Notes under the pieces: model-generated
Told to the model about the DNA's origin: nothing
What the model saw: the letters and a program-made list of their open reading frames with translations, nothing else
Database searches by the model: none
In this document: piece after piece, positions 27,141 through 40,865 of the stretch
Layout of the letters: each line of letters begins with the position of its first letter
Position numbering within the stretch: the first letter of the stretch is position 1
Translations under genes and position numbers: made by a program
DNA from: the human T2T-CHM13v2.0 reference genome, Homo sapiens
Reading direction: 5' to 3' (one strand)
Assembly (NCBI RefSeq): GCF_009914755.1
Contig: NC_060933.1
Length of the DNA: 64,000 nucleotides

Positions 27141-28567
27141 GAGATCTTTCCTGCTGTCTCCTGGGGGCATTTAGTGCTATAAATTTCCCTCTAAACACTG
27201 CTTCAGCTGTGTCCCAGAGATTCTGATACATTGTGTCTTTGTTCTTATTGGTTTCAAAGAACTTATTTATTTCCACCTTAATTTCGTTATTTACCCAGTA
27301 ATCATTCAGGAACAGATTGTTCAGTTTCCACATAGTTGTGCAGTTTTGAGTGAGTTTCTTAATTCTGAGTTCTAATTTGATTGCACTGTGGTCTGAGATA
27401 CTGTTTGTTATGATTTCTGTTCTTTTGCATTTGCTAAGGAGTGTTTTACTTCCAATTATCTGGTCAATTTTAGAATAAGTGTGATGTGGTGCTGAGAAGA
27501 ACGTATATTCTGTTGATTCGGGGTGGAGAGTTCTGTAGATGTCTATTATGTCCACTTAGTCCAGAACTGAGTTCAAGTCCTGAATGTCCTTAATTTTCTG
27601 TCTCGTTGATGTGTCTAATATTGACAGTGGGGTGTTAAAATCGCCCACTATTATTGTATGGGAGTCTAAGTGTCTTTGTAGGTCTCTAAGAACTTGCTTT
27701 ATGAATCTGGGTGCTCCTGTATTGGGTGACTATATATTTAAGACAGTTAGCTCTTCTTGTTGCATTGATCCCTTAACCATTACATAATTCCCTTCTTTGT
27801 CTTTTTTGATCTTTGTTGGTTTAAAGTCTGTTTTATCAGAGACTAGGATTGCAACCCCTGCTTTTTTTGCATTCCATTTGCTTGGTAAGTATTCCTCCAT
27901 CCCTTTATTTTGAGCCTATGTGTGTCTTTGTACATGGGTCTCCTGAATACAGCACACTGATGGGTTTTGATGCTTTATCCAATTTGCCTGTGTCTTTTAA
28001 TTGGGGCATTTAGCCTGTTTACATTTAAGGTTAATATTGTTATGTGTAAATTTGATCCTGTCATTATGATGCTCACTGGTTATTCTGCCCATTAGTTGAT
28101 GCAGTTTCTTCATAGTGCCGATGGTCTTTACAGTTTGGTATGTTTTTGCAGTGGCTGGTACCAGTTGTTCCTTTCCATTTTTAGTGCTTCCTTCAGGAGC
28201 TATTGTAAGGCCGGCCTGGTGGTGACAAAATCCCTCAGCATTTGCTTGTCTGTAAAGGATTTTATTTCTCCTTTGCTTATGAAGCTTAGTTTGACTAGAT
28301 ATGAAATTTGGGGTTGAAAATTCTTTTCTTTAAGAATGTTGAATATTGGCCCCCACTCTCTTCTGGCTTGTAGGGTTTCTGCAGAGAGATCCACTGTTAG
28401 TCTGATGGGCTTCCCTTTGTGGGTAACCAGACCTTTCTCTTTAGCTGCTCTCAACATTTTTTCATGCATTTCAACTTCGGTGAATCTAACGATTACATGT
28501 CTTGGGGCTGCTGTTCTCGAGGAGCATCTTTGCGGTGTTCTCTATATTTCCTGAATTTGAATGCTGA
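27141..28567 (-). mobile_element. Internal L1PA7/8-like fragment (ORF1 C-terminus, spacer, ORF2 endonuclease), no 3' end or poly(A)
   Basis: ORF track 28200-28469 is ORF1p (KGKPIRLTVDLSAETLQARREWG); 27094-27555 is ORF2p EN ([16 protein letters not shown]). Confidence 0.95.
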
Positions 28568-30844
28568 TCTTGAATGACTTTACATTTGTACTGATATTAA
28601 ATTTTATCAACCTGTTTCAAATGCACAAGTGTTTAAAATGTATTAGTAATAATTGTGAATAACTACTCAATTCCTTGAAAAACAATGTCTTGATACAATA
28701 GATTAACATGATATATATAAGTTAACAATTTCTAATGAACCTATACAAACTGCTAGCCTATGAAACCTATATCTGTTCATGCATTTCTAATGTCACAAAC
28801 TTATCAGAGATGGAGGAAGTGAGGAACCATGACCTGCCAAACATGATCAGTGTTCAGTGGTCTATTTTAAATTTCTGTAAACATTTTACAGTCCGTAGAA
28901 ACATTTCTCTTTTCCAATTTATTTTGTATCAAGAGGGCTATCATCCAGATCAGTTCAGTCCAGTCCAGTTCAACATGAGTATTTTGAGTACTCTCTAATC
29001 CTTGGCCAGGCTGTGGTGAAGACTGTAAGGAGAAGAGAATGGAAGCTCCCTGTCCTGTCCTCAGGAAAATTCCACACCCTCAGGGAGCTTAAAGGAAAAA
29101 ATGCTCAAAGCAGTATTTCCCGAAATATGTTTTTTTTAAAAAATCTCTTTTGCTTCCACTTGTTGCTCTCCAGGAAGAGTTTACTTCAAAGAAGTTTGGG
29201 GAACATGATATTATTTCCCATACTTGGATATTCACAGTTCATATTAGCATTTCAAACACTCTGAGAAGTCTAGTACTAAAGAAACATGTTCAATTTTGCT
29301 TAAGTCAACATTTATTAACCAGGGCACACTGTTTTGGTGTGATACTTATTGATGTACTTTAAAATACTCTCTGCTGCTTTAAAAAATACTTTGAAAATGT
29401 CCAAGTTTAAATGAAAATACATTCAGACTTTTACTCAAAACAAGCATAATTTCATGACTTATTTCATGCTTAGCATTTGAAACACAATTTAAAATAATTA
29501 AAATCATAAAGAAATCTAATCATAACCTTGAATAACGCTATTATTGTGGTGTCTCAGTCTGATACTTTTGTATTCACATTAAATTGACTGCTATACTTCA
29601 GAATATCATTTTATTTTTATTATATCCGAATCCATACAATAACAAGTTATATTGTAATGAGACTCTAATATGTCAAGGAATGGGACAAGGTTCACAGTAT
29701 ATATACTTCAATGTTTAAGTAAATTTGTCATATATGATACTATAAGATCCTCTAAAATCTATATTAAAGTAAAATTAATTTTATGAGAACTACATATTGA
29801 CCAGAAGAAATATGAAACAAGATAACAATGCATAATCAAATGATTGCTATCTTTCATTTTGCTTTTGGATATTAACTCTTAGTTGGAAATATAAAGATAT
29901 ATTGATATCTTTCATATGTCAATCAAATACCCAGTTACACATGAGTATAACATCACATCCATGTGTAAAAACTTGCCTTGTCAATCAAATGTCTTGTTAT
30001 ACACAGGTCTGACATCAAATTTAAGTATAATAAGATATAAGATTGACAACTAATGAGTCAAATGTGAGAAAAATACACTGTCCTTTGTTTTTCCCTGTTT
30101 AAATTAGACAGTTCTTAGTTTTTCATTCACTCATTACTAGTCCAATTTGTAACGTTTCACTCTTACTGCAATGCCTGTCATAATTCCATTTAATTTTTTG
30201 TGCCATTGTGCTTTTAGTGACATGTAAAGGCATGTGATCTACATATATTGATGATTATATGGTACTAATTAAAAGGTCAAATATCAGAGGATATATAGCC
30301 ATATCAAGACAATTTCTAAAATTAGAAAGTGCTTCACAGATTATCCTGAATAATAACAAAAACAAAAATAGAATCCCCAAAGAATATACAAATTTTGTAT
30401 TTTTGACATCTATCAATAAAACCTATAGCAGTTACTTATGCCAACCAATGCCACAAAACTTTTAGATTTACTCTCCTTATCTCCCAGGATCTAAGGCACT
30501 CCTGGGCCTAGCAGGATGTATCCAGTGGTATTTAGTGCCTCATGGCTTAAAACTGCCCTAGAAGTAAGACCTAGCAAAAGCAACACCTGAGTAGTCACAC
30601 CAGTTAAAACATTGTGTCATTATGAGCTACTAGTGATAGGTCTTTCGGACTATATATTTTTGGACAAAGTTAAGTCAGCTGGGAAGAGACAAAAACTGCC
30701 CCATTACTTTGGTCATAATACATCAAAATATGTAGGTATGTCTATACACTTTCCTAGGGCTTGAGGGCAGCCCCCAAACGTTTATCTGAAGCCAGAGGTA
30801 TTAAGTTATATCAATCCAATGTCATGGATATAGAGCTAAATCAG

Positions 30845-31560
30845 GGCAGTTTAATTCAAATAAAATATATTGAGCTCCTTCCTAAAGTAAAGCATTATGC
30901 TAGGTTAAAAAAGGTGAAAACAACAGTTGGCAATATAACGTCCTTGACTTTAAAATGTTTATTGTAGTAGGAGGTTTGGGCAAGAGATGAAGTAATTCCT
31001 AAACAAAGCAAAACCTTACATTTGTTTTAAAGTGGGCCGGCAAATATCATGAAGGATTAAAGGAGGGAAGAGTCCATATTTATGGCATATCATGAATTAA
31101 AACATAATTTAGATAGAGAAAAAAGAGAAGATCAAAGATCACGGAGTAGATCAAATATACTGAAATTTGGAGAAACAGGGAGATGTTCAACTTAGAGAGA
31201 AGAGAAGTTGAAGAAGTGAGAAAGTTGCTTGGCCCTTTTAAAGAAGCTGAATGAAGTCCGAAAGTCATGTACCAAGTTGATTAGATATTCAATAATAAAG
31301 ATTTTTTAATTGGTCAGTTTTAGTTTGTGTTGTTTAAGGCAAAGAGAAGAATCAGAAAGACCACCTGGTAAACTATTGCACTATTCTCAGCAAATCATAA
31401 TAAAAATATGTTAGAACAGCCAAAAGAAACTCAAGAATAGAGGTAAGAGGCATTAAAGAGATGCACTGTAATAGACTCAGCAAATAACTGGACATGGGCA
31501 ATGGAAGAAGGAGATACCAGAGACCATCCCAAGTGAATTCAGTGAATAATAGAGGATGGA
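30845..31560 (-). mobile_element. L2 remnant
   Basis: attcaaataaaatatattgagctccttcctaaagtaaagcattatgctagg..., degenerate antisense L2 body. Confidence 0.5.
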
Positions 31561-32648
31561 GGTGAAACAGAAAGCTGGAAAAGCCATGTGGAGAGTTAAG
31601 ACTAGAAGAAAATGGAGTGCAGAAAACATGACTGTACATATGATGAAAGGCTCACAAAGGTTAAGAGACAGACTGGAGACAGAAAAGTTGGAAAGAAAGA
31701 AACCAAACTAGAATATAAGATGGGAATAGTATCAATAAAAAATGGAATGAAAAAAAATCTCACAATCAACTAGCATTTCTCTCCATCTCTTGCTAAAGCA
31801 CCACAAGCCATAAACTAAATAGTTGGCAGCAGATAAAGGTAGCTCCCAGCCCCATCAATGGGAATCATACTCAGTCATCCGCATCCTTTCTTCCCTCTCT
31901 CTTTACATTCTGAATGCAAGCCCACAGTACGTGAATGGCAGAACCAATCCCTCAATTCAGCCATATTCATTTTCCTGTGGCAAGATTTTTAAACGGAAAA
32001 TGGAAGTTTTCAATGGAAGCACAGAATAAAAAGCTAATCTCTACAGCATCTGAGCATGACACCCAGACTGTATTATGGTCATGAAAGATCTTTTCACAAC
32101 TGAACAAAGATGTGTTTTCTCAGCCCAGCCACTGTTTTTGTGACATCTTGAGGCTGCATGTCACAAGAATATTCCTTGGTAAATTCTAATCATTTTCTAA
32201 CAGCTGTGTGCTCTAAAAATTTTTTTCAAAGGTTAGTAACTAAAGAAGTTTTCACTTAGGTTTGATCAACATTACATTTTAGCAAAGATATATTTAAATG
32301 TACATATTACTTATTGTGGTTCATCCTGTATAAATCTTTCTTCAAACTAAATTATACTTATTAGGCTTCAGATAAATGCATGACACAGTCATGTAGGATT
32401 ATTCTAGGGCTATAAATACTGGAAGGGGAAAAAGAGCGAGATGTAGAACCGAAACTTGGCAGAAAGCAACAATCTATTCTGACAGATGTGACCTTATCAA
32501 GTTTATAAGTGTCATCATTGTCATTTATATGTTCTGTGAAAGGGATGGTCTGTTATTATAGGATGCTTCTATTTATTAATTGGAAAAGCTTTTGATAGAT
32601 GACTAGAAAAGATACTTTGTAGAAATTGGGAATTAATACACACTTGCT

Positions 32649-32668
32649 CACATACATGCACATGCATG

Positions 32669-32713
<45 letters not shown>
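32649..32713. repeat. (CA)20 microsatellite within a 65-nt alternating purine-pyrimidine tract
   Basis: cacatacatgcacatgcatgcacg followed by (ca)20 at 32673-32712. Confidence 0.95.
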
Positions 32714-33369
32714 CCGCAAGAGTACACATCGAATCTTGAAATCCAAGTGCTTAATTGCCATTTGGTCTACTTGAGGGCATGCAATTATCAGAATATAATT
32801 CTAACTTCAAGAAACTGTTTATACAAATGTTAAACACATATTTTTATATTTTTTGCACATGCTTTTTTACACTAGCTTTTTTATTTGAATCAAATAATAT
32901 TAGTAGAAAGATAAATATATATTTGTTCTTCTGATCAAAAGCAGCAATCTTACTTTTTCTAAATTACTTACTTTAAGTAATATTAAATGCAGATGCATGG
33001 AAGCTATTTTCCCAAGGCTTTACAATACATTTTGTATATCCAATGATAAAGTTAATCCAATATATGCATTTTCTCAAAAATATAATTATTACATAGAATT
33101 TATAAGTCTGGTGAAAAAGTACCCAAAATCACTCCCACTATTTCTTATTATTTTTATCTTAAAAGTGTTTCACTGTTGCAAATCAACGTTACTCAGATAA
33201 ATATTTTCATTTGCTGGGTAGCAGAAGTTCTGATAATGTCCGTAATTATAACAGTATATCTGTTTTGTTTGCATTAGATAAAAATCATTAGCATGTATCT
33301 ATCTAGCAAAGGTATTTGGGGATATTATGGGATATGCATCAAGTGGTCTTGTCCCAGATTTAATTATGG

Positions 33370-34370
33370 GACACTTGTTATTTAACAGATACTCTTCTGG
33401 GTAATGTGGGATACATTTGTGAACAAAATAATTAAAAAATTTTGTCTTCATTTGAATATGATAAAATGCCAAGGCAGAGGTGGAGGATAGACATGCATTA
33501 GGGATTAAACATGGTTGGAGAGGAGCTTGGGGGTTCCATTTTAAAGACAGTGGTCAGATCTGAGGCCAACTTTGAGATTATTATTGGGCAATGACTTGAA
33601 GGTAATGAAGGAGATAGAAGAAACTGCCAGTGCATAATTTCTACAATAGAAACATGCCTGGCATAGTCAGGAGACAGTAGAGAGTGATTAAAGGAGAATG
33701 AGGGAATGAGAAAAGAGTGAGAGAGAAGACAGAGACTGCAGTACCAGATCCTATGGGATTTTGTAGGTCACTGGCTTCTAACTGGAAACAGAACCATTGC
33801 AGAGTTTTAGAATAAGGTAGCAAGATTTTGACTTACATTTTAAAAGGGTCACTCCAGATTGCTGTCTGGAGAACTGTGCTGAAGCAAGAAGGATCATTAG
33901 AAGGCAGTAACTCCTGGCATGAAGTGGTGGCTCTTGCCTATAATTCCAACACCTTGGGAGGCTGAGGAGGGTGGATCACCTGAGGTCAGGATATCAAGAC
34001 CAGCCCGGCCAACATGGTGAAACCCCATCTCTACCAAAAAATACAAGAATTAGCTGGACGTGGTGGCAGTTGCCTGTAGTCCCAGCTACTCAGAGGCTGA
34101 GGTGGCAGAATAGCTTGAGCCTGGGTGTAGTGAGCCAAGATTGCCAGCCTGGGCAACAGGAGTAAGAAAAGGCAGTTAATCCAGTTAAAAGAGGCTAGAA
34201 TTAGCAGAGGTGATAATCGTGAGTTTGTGGATATATTTTGATGGAAATTGCTGATGAATTGATGGGAAATGTTGAGGAAAAGAATGTTTTAAGGATGATG
34301 TAAGGCTTTTGTCCTTGCACCTTGGAAAGATGTCGTTGCTATTTATTTCCATTGGGGAAATTTGCTTTAA
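33370..34370 (-). mobile_element. L2 remnant interrupted by an Alu
   Basis: gaaccattgcagagttttagaataagg...gacttacattttaaaagggtcactccag...ggatgatgtaaggcttttgtcc. Confidence 0.7.
33914..34165 (+). mobile_element. Degenerate AluS with right-arm deletions and almost no A tail
   Basis: ggatcacctgaggtcagg...ccaacatggtgaaacccc; degenerate TSD aaggcagtaactcc/aaggcagttaatcc. Confidence 0.85.
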
Positions 34371-35943
34371 GTAATTACATGACAGAAACTAGTTTAATAC
34401 ATAGGAAAATGATTCTTATTGGAGGCTATTCATTGAAATAACTATTGATTCAGGTTCAACTAATTGAGAATATTTGATGACCCACCAGAGTAAGACAGGC
34501 TGAAGACTTCCTTTGTATCATCAATAAAACTAAGATTTGCAAAGAATATTAATACTGCTTATAAATTTCAGGAAGAGTGGAACATAAAACTAACTTGGAA
34601 AAAAACCTTTTTTCTGTTTTTTAGAAGTATTCCTTTTAACAGGAAGATTTTGTATGAATAGAGAGCCTTAAAGGAAGGCTCTGTGAAACCTGAGCTTGGC
34701 AACACATATTTTTATGTAGCTGTGAACAGCTGCTTTGCCTGAGTCAGCCATGAAGCTAAGCTGCCTCTCACAAAGTATAACACATACATGGCCTGACTAA
34801 ATTATTAAAAAAATTCAGCCTCTCCAGTAATCAAAGTCATGTAAATTTAATAAACTGTAAGATTCCATCTGACATCCATCAGATTAGTAAAAGGTTGAAT
34901 TGTTTAAAACAATGTCTGATTTTCAGGTTCAAGAAAAACCAAGTGCATACATTTGTCTTCCCTTTCAGCCAAAATCCCACTGAAATTATAGTTGAGATGT
35001 ATACACAGAATATATAATGGTAATAACAAGGGAAGTGAGTACCATAAGCAGATAGATCTTACAAACTTCCAGAAGATGGATTGCAAATGGGATCATTTTT
35101 AAAGGCATGACCAAACAGAGATAGCAGAAGCTCAGAATTAGTACAGAGAAGTCTTCATCAAAGGTGAAAGCCACTATTTCCCTCAATGCCCTCGAGAGGA
35201 GTCACCAATGTAGTCAGCAGATTTGTAGAGCAATCATGAGCTGTAGAACTAAAATCAGTATAATTGGTAACAAGGCTGTCCACAGAACAGCTAGAAGATA
35301 CCTTTGTCCACACCATCACCTTGCACACATACAAAATGCTAGCCTGATAGCATTTGGCTTCTCACAGAAACTAGAGAACTCTCGTCCAAAAAAATGTGAC
35401 AATACTGGGCAGACAGAGGGGAAGACAGAATGTGAATAAATTTATAATAAAGTCATATTATTTATTTAGAAATAGTACCCATTTCATGGCATCATCTAAC
35501 CTAATGATTATCAAATTGTATTATTCACTTAAAAAGTAGGAATCAAAAGGACTCAAATTTAAATGTTCATAAGAGTACCAGGGATCTAATTTAAAAGATA
35601 TGTCTAGACTCCTGAAGGTCTGATTTAGAAAGTTTGCAGTGGGACCTAGGAATATGCATTTTGAGCTAATTCCCGGTAATGACTATAGCGTAGGTGGTGG
35701 GGAACAGAGTAAAAGGGAAATAAATATTAGTCACCTTTTGTGGGCTCTCTGGTATTAGCACTTGCATCTTCATCATTCTTTCTTTATAGAAGCCCTTCCT
35801 TGTTCCTATATATATATTCATCTCCTACTTACACATCAAAATCCAACTAAAAGCTGTCACCTGCCTCCATTGAAATCTCTCTCCTCTAAATGGCTATGCT
35901 TTTTTTTGTTCTACTTATATACAATAACAACAGCACACTCCTT

Positions 35944-36011
35944 TAACATACCTACATTATATCATGATATATATATATATATATATATCATGATATAATG
36001 TAGGTATGTTA
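35944..36011. repeat. Perfect 68-bp AT-rich palindrome centred on (AT)11
   Basis: taacatacctacattatatcatg-(at)11-catgatataatgtaggtatgtta is self-complementary with no spacer. Confidence 0.97.
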
Positions 36012-36809
36012 TATTCCATATCTCCCTCTCGTGTCTTACTAATGTGTAACTTAGCCAAGTGATTGGAATATATTAGTTTGACCAATATTTATGCATAGGT
36101 AATGGGTTTATTATTTTTATTGAAAAAATTAAGTTAATACTTTACTCTTTCTGTGCTTTCCATTGTATCACTCCACTCAGGTAAAAAGGGAAGGAAAAGG
36201 AAATAAAACATAAAAAGTAAATTCTGGAACTATGTCACAATTTAAAAAGACATCATTTTTTAACATCTCCATGTACCATTATTTTATTAATTTCAAGTTA
36301 ATGAGTAGAGATGTTAAAAGGTAAATCTTTGGCACTCATGAACTTGTATCAGTCCACATGTTTTTCCAAATTATCTATTATGGGTAGTTATGCAGGATAC
36401 ATATTAACTGTTCTGAAAAGTAAATTATTGTCTAAGAAAGAAAATAAACAGCAAAAGATAAATCCAGCATTAAGCTCACTAATTAGAGTTTAGAAATCTA
36501 TGGAAAGAGCATTGGTGTCTTCAAGTACGTATAATCTGAAAAGGCCTAAATTATTAGATATTTTCCATAATCATAATAATCTCAGGTTTGAAAAATAATG
36601 TGTTACTTTTAGTCTTAAAATAAATTTACTGTTTAAGTTGCAAAAGCAAAACACACTCATGTTAACAGAGACATTAAAGACTAATAAATAGAAGTGTTCA
36701 TCAATTTCTCCATCCTCTTCCACTTACTACAATTCTCTTCCCAGGCCACACTACCATTAATAAATTATGTGAGTTACCTCAGAGTAGGTTTCTATACATT
36801 CACAAAATA

Positions 36810-37050
36810 ATAATAGTTATGACATTTATGAAGTGTTAGCTCTATGCAGAACACTTGACTATTTGCTTCAAATGGATTATCTCATTGATGTTCTTAACTA
36901 CCTTGTGAGATACAGATCATGAATATCTCTGTTTTTCCAGGGAAAGAACAGATACTTAGAGAAGCTCACTAATTTGTTCAAGGGCAAGAAGCTAATAACT
37001 GGTGAAACAAATATTTAAATCAAAGCAGAATGGCTCCAACTTTACATCTC
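36810..37050 (-). mobile_element. MIR remnant
   Basis: gattatctcattgatgttcttaactaccttgtgaga...gatacttagagaagctcactaatttgttcaagg. Confidence 0.6.
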
Positions 37051-37763
37051 CATGCCATAATATAACTGCAAAACATATATATTTAATTATATATAGGAAA
37101 TACGTTAAGATGTTAAACATATATGACTTTTGTAACATAGATGAGATCCATTATATGTATTTTTCTCTGAGTTGTAAGGATTAAACGAGATGTGCTATGA
37201 AAGTACAAAGCATGGCACATGACATGCAGTTGCCATTAGTGTCCCTTTTAACTAAACACAATCAGGCATTTGACCTGAAGTTATTTCTGTTCATCACAGC
37301 ACCTGTCACATACTAGGTGCTCAATATATATTTCTTTCAGCTTTGTTTTAATTTTTAGAGTCATCAATTTACATTTTAAAAGAAACTTTTCTTCTTCTCA
37401 CATCTATGGCAAATAGCTACTGACTGTTTGTACACATTTCCTTTAAAAAAATAAAATCCAGGATCTCAGGTTCTGAGATTTATCCTTGAAGCCAACTTAC
37501 CACAGAAAAACTATATGATAGAGAACTTAATGATAACATTAGGAAATAAGAATGGATGGTACCATGGTAATAGAATTTTGATACACTTTTTTTAGCAAAA
37601 AAAAAAAATAATGAAAGCAGGAAATTGAATGTCTATATGTTCTGTCAGGCTTTATTTTTTTTAAAAGAAGTAGATGAAGAAAAGCTGAAAAAATTGGAAA
37701 TGAATCAAATTGTTACTTAAAATACAGAGATGGTTTCCATTTTTTAATACACAAAAATGTGAA

Positions 37764-38056
37764 TTTTTATTTTGAGACAAAGTCTTGCTTACTCACCCAG
37801 GCTGCAGTTCAGTGGGGTAACCTTGGCTCACTGCAACCTCCACCTCCCGGGTTCAAATGATTCTCCCACCTCAGCCTCCTGAGTAGCTGGAACTACAAGG
37901 GCGTGCCACCATGACCGACTAATTTTTGTATTCTTAGTAGAGATGGGGTTTAGCTACGTCAGCCATGGTTGGTCTCAAACTCCTGACCTCGGATGACCCA
38001 CTCACCTCGGCCTCCCAAAGTGCTGGGATTACAGGTGTGAGCCACCACAACCAGCC
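37764..38056 (-). mobile_element. Alu (AluSx/J-like)
   Basis: Antisense Alu ending cctcccaaagtgctgggattacaggtgtgagccacc; TSD aaaaatgtgaa(a)tttt. Confidence 0.93.
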
Positions 38057-38443
38057 TCAAAAAAATGTGAAATTTTGAACAAAATAAAATAAATATTAGT
38101 TTTTGAGCGTGCTTTATATTTCATCCTTTTCCAAACAAATTTTGGTGAAAATACTGTTTTACATAGGATAATTTATTTAAAATATATTAAGGTAAAAGCT
38201 GATCTGATCAAAGCTACAGCAGATGGCTGATGAAATTTATAATAAGAACCTACTTGCCCTCTTGATTCATTTCTAATGGAACCCAAAGAAGTTTTTGGAA
38301 TACAGCACTTCTATTTTCAGGAGGTTAAATACTTTAAATAGTAACCACTAGTATAACTTGTGGGCCATTATATATTTAATAAAGAATGTTTTCAAGTCAC
38401 TTTCCAGTGATTTTAAATTTATTTGCATATATTAGGGGGAATT

Positions 38444-38630
38444 CAGTTTGTCGCAAAATGTGGTCCATGGACAACCTACAACAACCTATAGGAGAATCAC
38501 CTGCAGTGGTTGTTTAAAAGTGTCATTTCCTGGGCAGATGTAGAATATGTCAAGTGTGATATGAGAATGTGCATTTTTAATAAGCATTCCACTTGAAGCT
38601 TATGTTCCTGAAATTTTTAGAACCATTGAC
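38444..38630. mobile_element. MER5A-like MITE
   Basis: aaaatgtggtccatggac...agaatcacctg...gaatgtgcatttttaataagc...tagaaccattg. Confidence 0.65.
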
Positions 38631-40069
38631 TCAGATTTTACAGTGGAATTATGTTGCTAGAAGCATCAAAATGCATTGGAAAAAATATGTTTAAAAATTC
38701 AGCCAAAATTTTTCTAATTTTTAATGCAAAAATAATATAAATATGGTTTTTGCCAGAAATCTTCCTTTGTGAATGAATGACTTCAGTTGGACGCCTTTGT
38801 GTATGGATAGAAAAGGGCGTTAATATACATTTTGATGCAACATGTCACAACTCCTCATGTCTGGATAACTTTGCCAGCAATAACAAGTATGGCCTTCCTT
38901 TAAGAAATTAAATGTTAGATTTTTCACACTTAGTTTTGGTTTCCATAACAGGCATCTTCCTTGCACGGGGCAAATTATCAAGTATTCACTGGTTTGTGTT
39001 TTTCTCTATGATGAGAAATTGCAGTTTTGCCTTTCTTACTACAGAATGTGTTAAATCAAGTCCGATTTTTTTTTAAGAAACAGTATACAAAATGAATTTG
39101 GACTGAGTCTATAAGCAGGAAAGGAGCCCAAATTGAATCAGAACTGAAATTATACTTTGATTTAGTTACATACTTCTCCCCAGAAAAAGTGTTCCACAAA
39201 TGGGAGGAAACAATGCTTCCAACTTAAATAGGAAATAACAAAGTTTTAGTATTTTGATATGTGGTTCCTCTGCAGGTTTCATAGAAGGGCATGTGTACTA
39301 CATTAAATTACTATATTAATTGAGCACACACCAAACAATATGCTAGATGATACAAACCATATCTCGTAGACAAGGCGTTGTCTCCATTCTCTAGGAATTA
39401 ACAGTCTGTAAGTGGAGGGAAGGCATGACACAGCTTAGAATGTAAGAAATGCTATAAAGGAGACATGTATAAAATTTTGAGGATCTCAGGGAAAATAAAG
39501 ATTATTTTTAATCAAAAAAAAATTTGAAAGTTTTCAAATGAAGTTGACATTTACTTTCAGTCATTCGAAAACAGAGACAGAGCTTCAAGCATAGGGTTTT
39601 AACAACCTATTGTATCTTCTTCAACATTTTTGATTGTGTTGTAGCCTCCTTGGTAGAACAAAAGTGCCAGGAAACAGAAAATTGTTAGATTTTTAACCAA
39701 ACCTAATAGCAAAAATCCCCATATCAGGAAAATAAATTCTACTATTGTATTACCCAATCCTGGGGCCTCTTTTCATGTAGCAATTACCAGTAAGTAGAAG
39801 AGGTGAGGTAAAGTGATGTATCAACATCTAGATTTTTACCCTGTCTGTGGGAGATCCTATAAGGTCTACAGAAAATACACAAGCTCATATGGTCAGTAAA
39901 ATCAGTATCATAGACAAATACAACCATTCTCCTACTACAGAATCTTCTCCAGAAAGCCATCCAGAGCTCACCCAAAGGCATGGCTAGTTAGATTATTTGC
40001 TGCTCCTTTCTGATTACTGTTTATATACATATAGTTTAACTATATGTATACAATATGAATTGCTAAAAT

Positions 40070-40178
40070 ATTATATATATAAACCTATAAACATATATAC
40101 ATATATGTTCACATGTGTGTGAACATATACAAACATATATTTGTAAACATACAGGTTTACAAATATATACAGGTATAG

Positions 40179-40210
<32 letters not shown>
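40070..40210. repeat. Low-complexity (TA/CA)-rich tract ending in (TA)13, containing two short hairpins
   Basis: Read directly from the sequence; hairpins at 40102-40129 and 40135-40168. Confidence 0.85.
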
Positions 40211-40431
40211 CTGTAAAGAGACCTATGACCAGAGAGTGTTTGTGAAACTCAGCTTAAATTGTATTATCTCCATTATTTGGTCAAATTCTAACAGCATTCC
40301 TGGAACATCAAATTCCCTTGTTAATATGAAGGTAAGCATTCTGTAGTCCCCTCCTACTTATCTTGTCTTCTTTTCTACAGTGTCTTTCTGACATACACAC
40401 CATCTCCTTAATTCATCAATTTTTTTCAGTC

Positions 40432-40865
40432 ACCTATTGATATAATAAAGCTAAGTAACAAATAGCCATAAAATTTAGTGGCATATAATAATATGCATTT
40501 ATTTAGCTCATGCATTTGTGGGTCAAATGGGTGTTGGCTGATATGGGCTGGGCTCAGCTGAGTACCTCTGCTGATTTTGGCTAAACTTGCTCATGCATCT
40601 TTTATCCTTCTCTTGGAACCAACAGGCTAACCAGGACATGCATTGTTCATCAAACGGCAGAAGTACATGGAAGCAAGCAGAAACTTGCTAGGCTTCCTAA
40701 GGCTGAGCCTTAAAACTGCCATAGTGGCATTCTTATCTCATTCTGTTACAAAATGCAAATCACAAGGCCAAACACACATTCAAGAGGTGAGGCCATATAC
40801 ACTACCACTTTAGTGAGAAGAGCTGTAAAATCAGATTGCAAAGTGCACAGATATACCCCACACAT
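40432..40865 (-). mobile_element. Old MaLR LTR (MLT1J/K-like)
   Basis: catttatttagctcatgcatttgtgggtc...gggctgggctcagctgag...gcaaatcacaaggccaaac. Confidence 0.7.

Noticed and set aside
27094-27555. 153-aa ORF with the SDH endonuclease motif
   Set aside because: Only the C-terminal part of L1 EN; its openness is compatible with the element's age and there is no sign of domestication.
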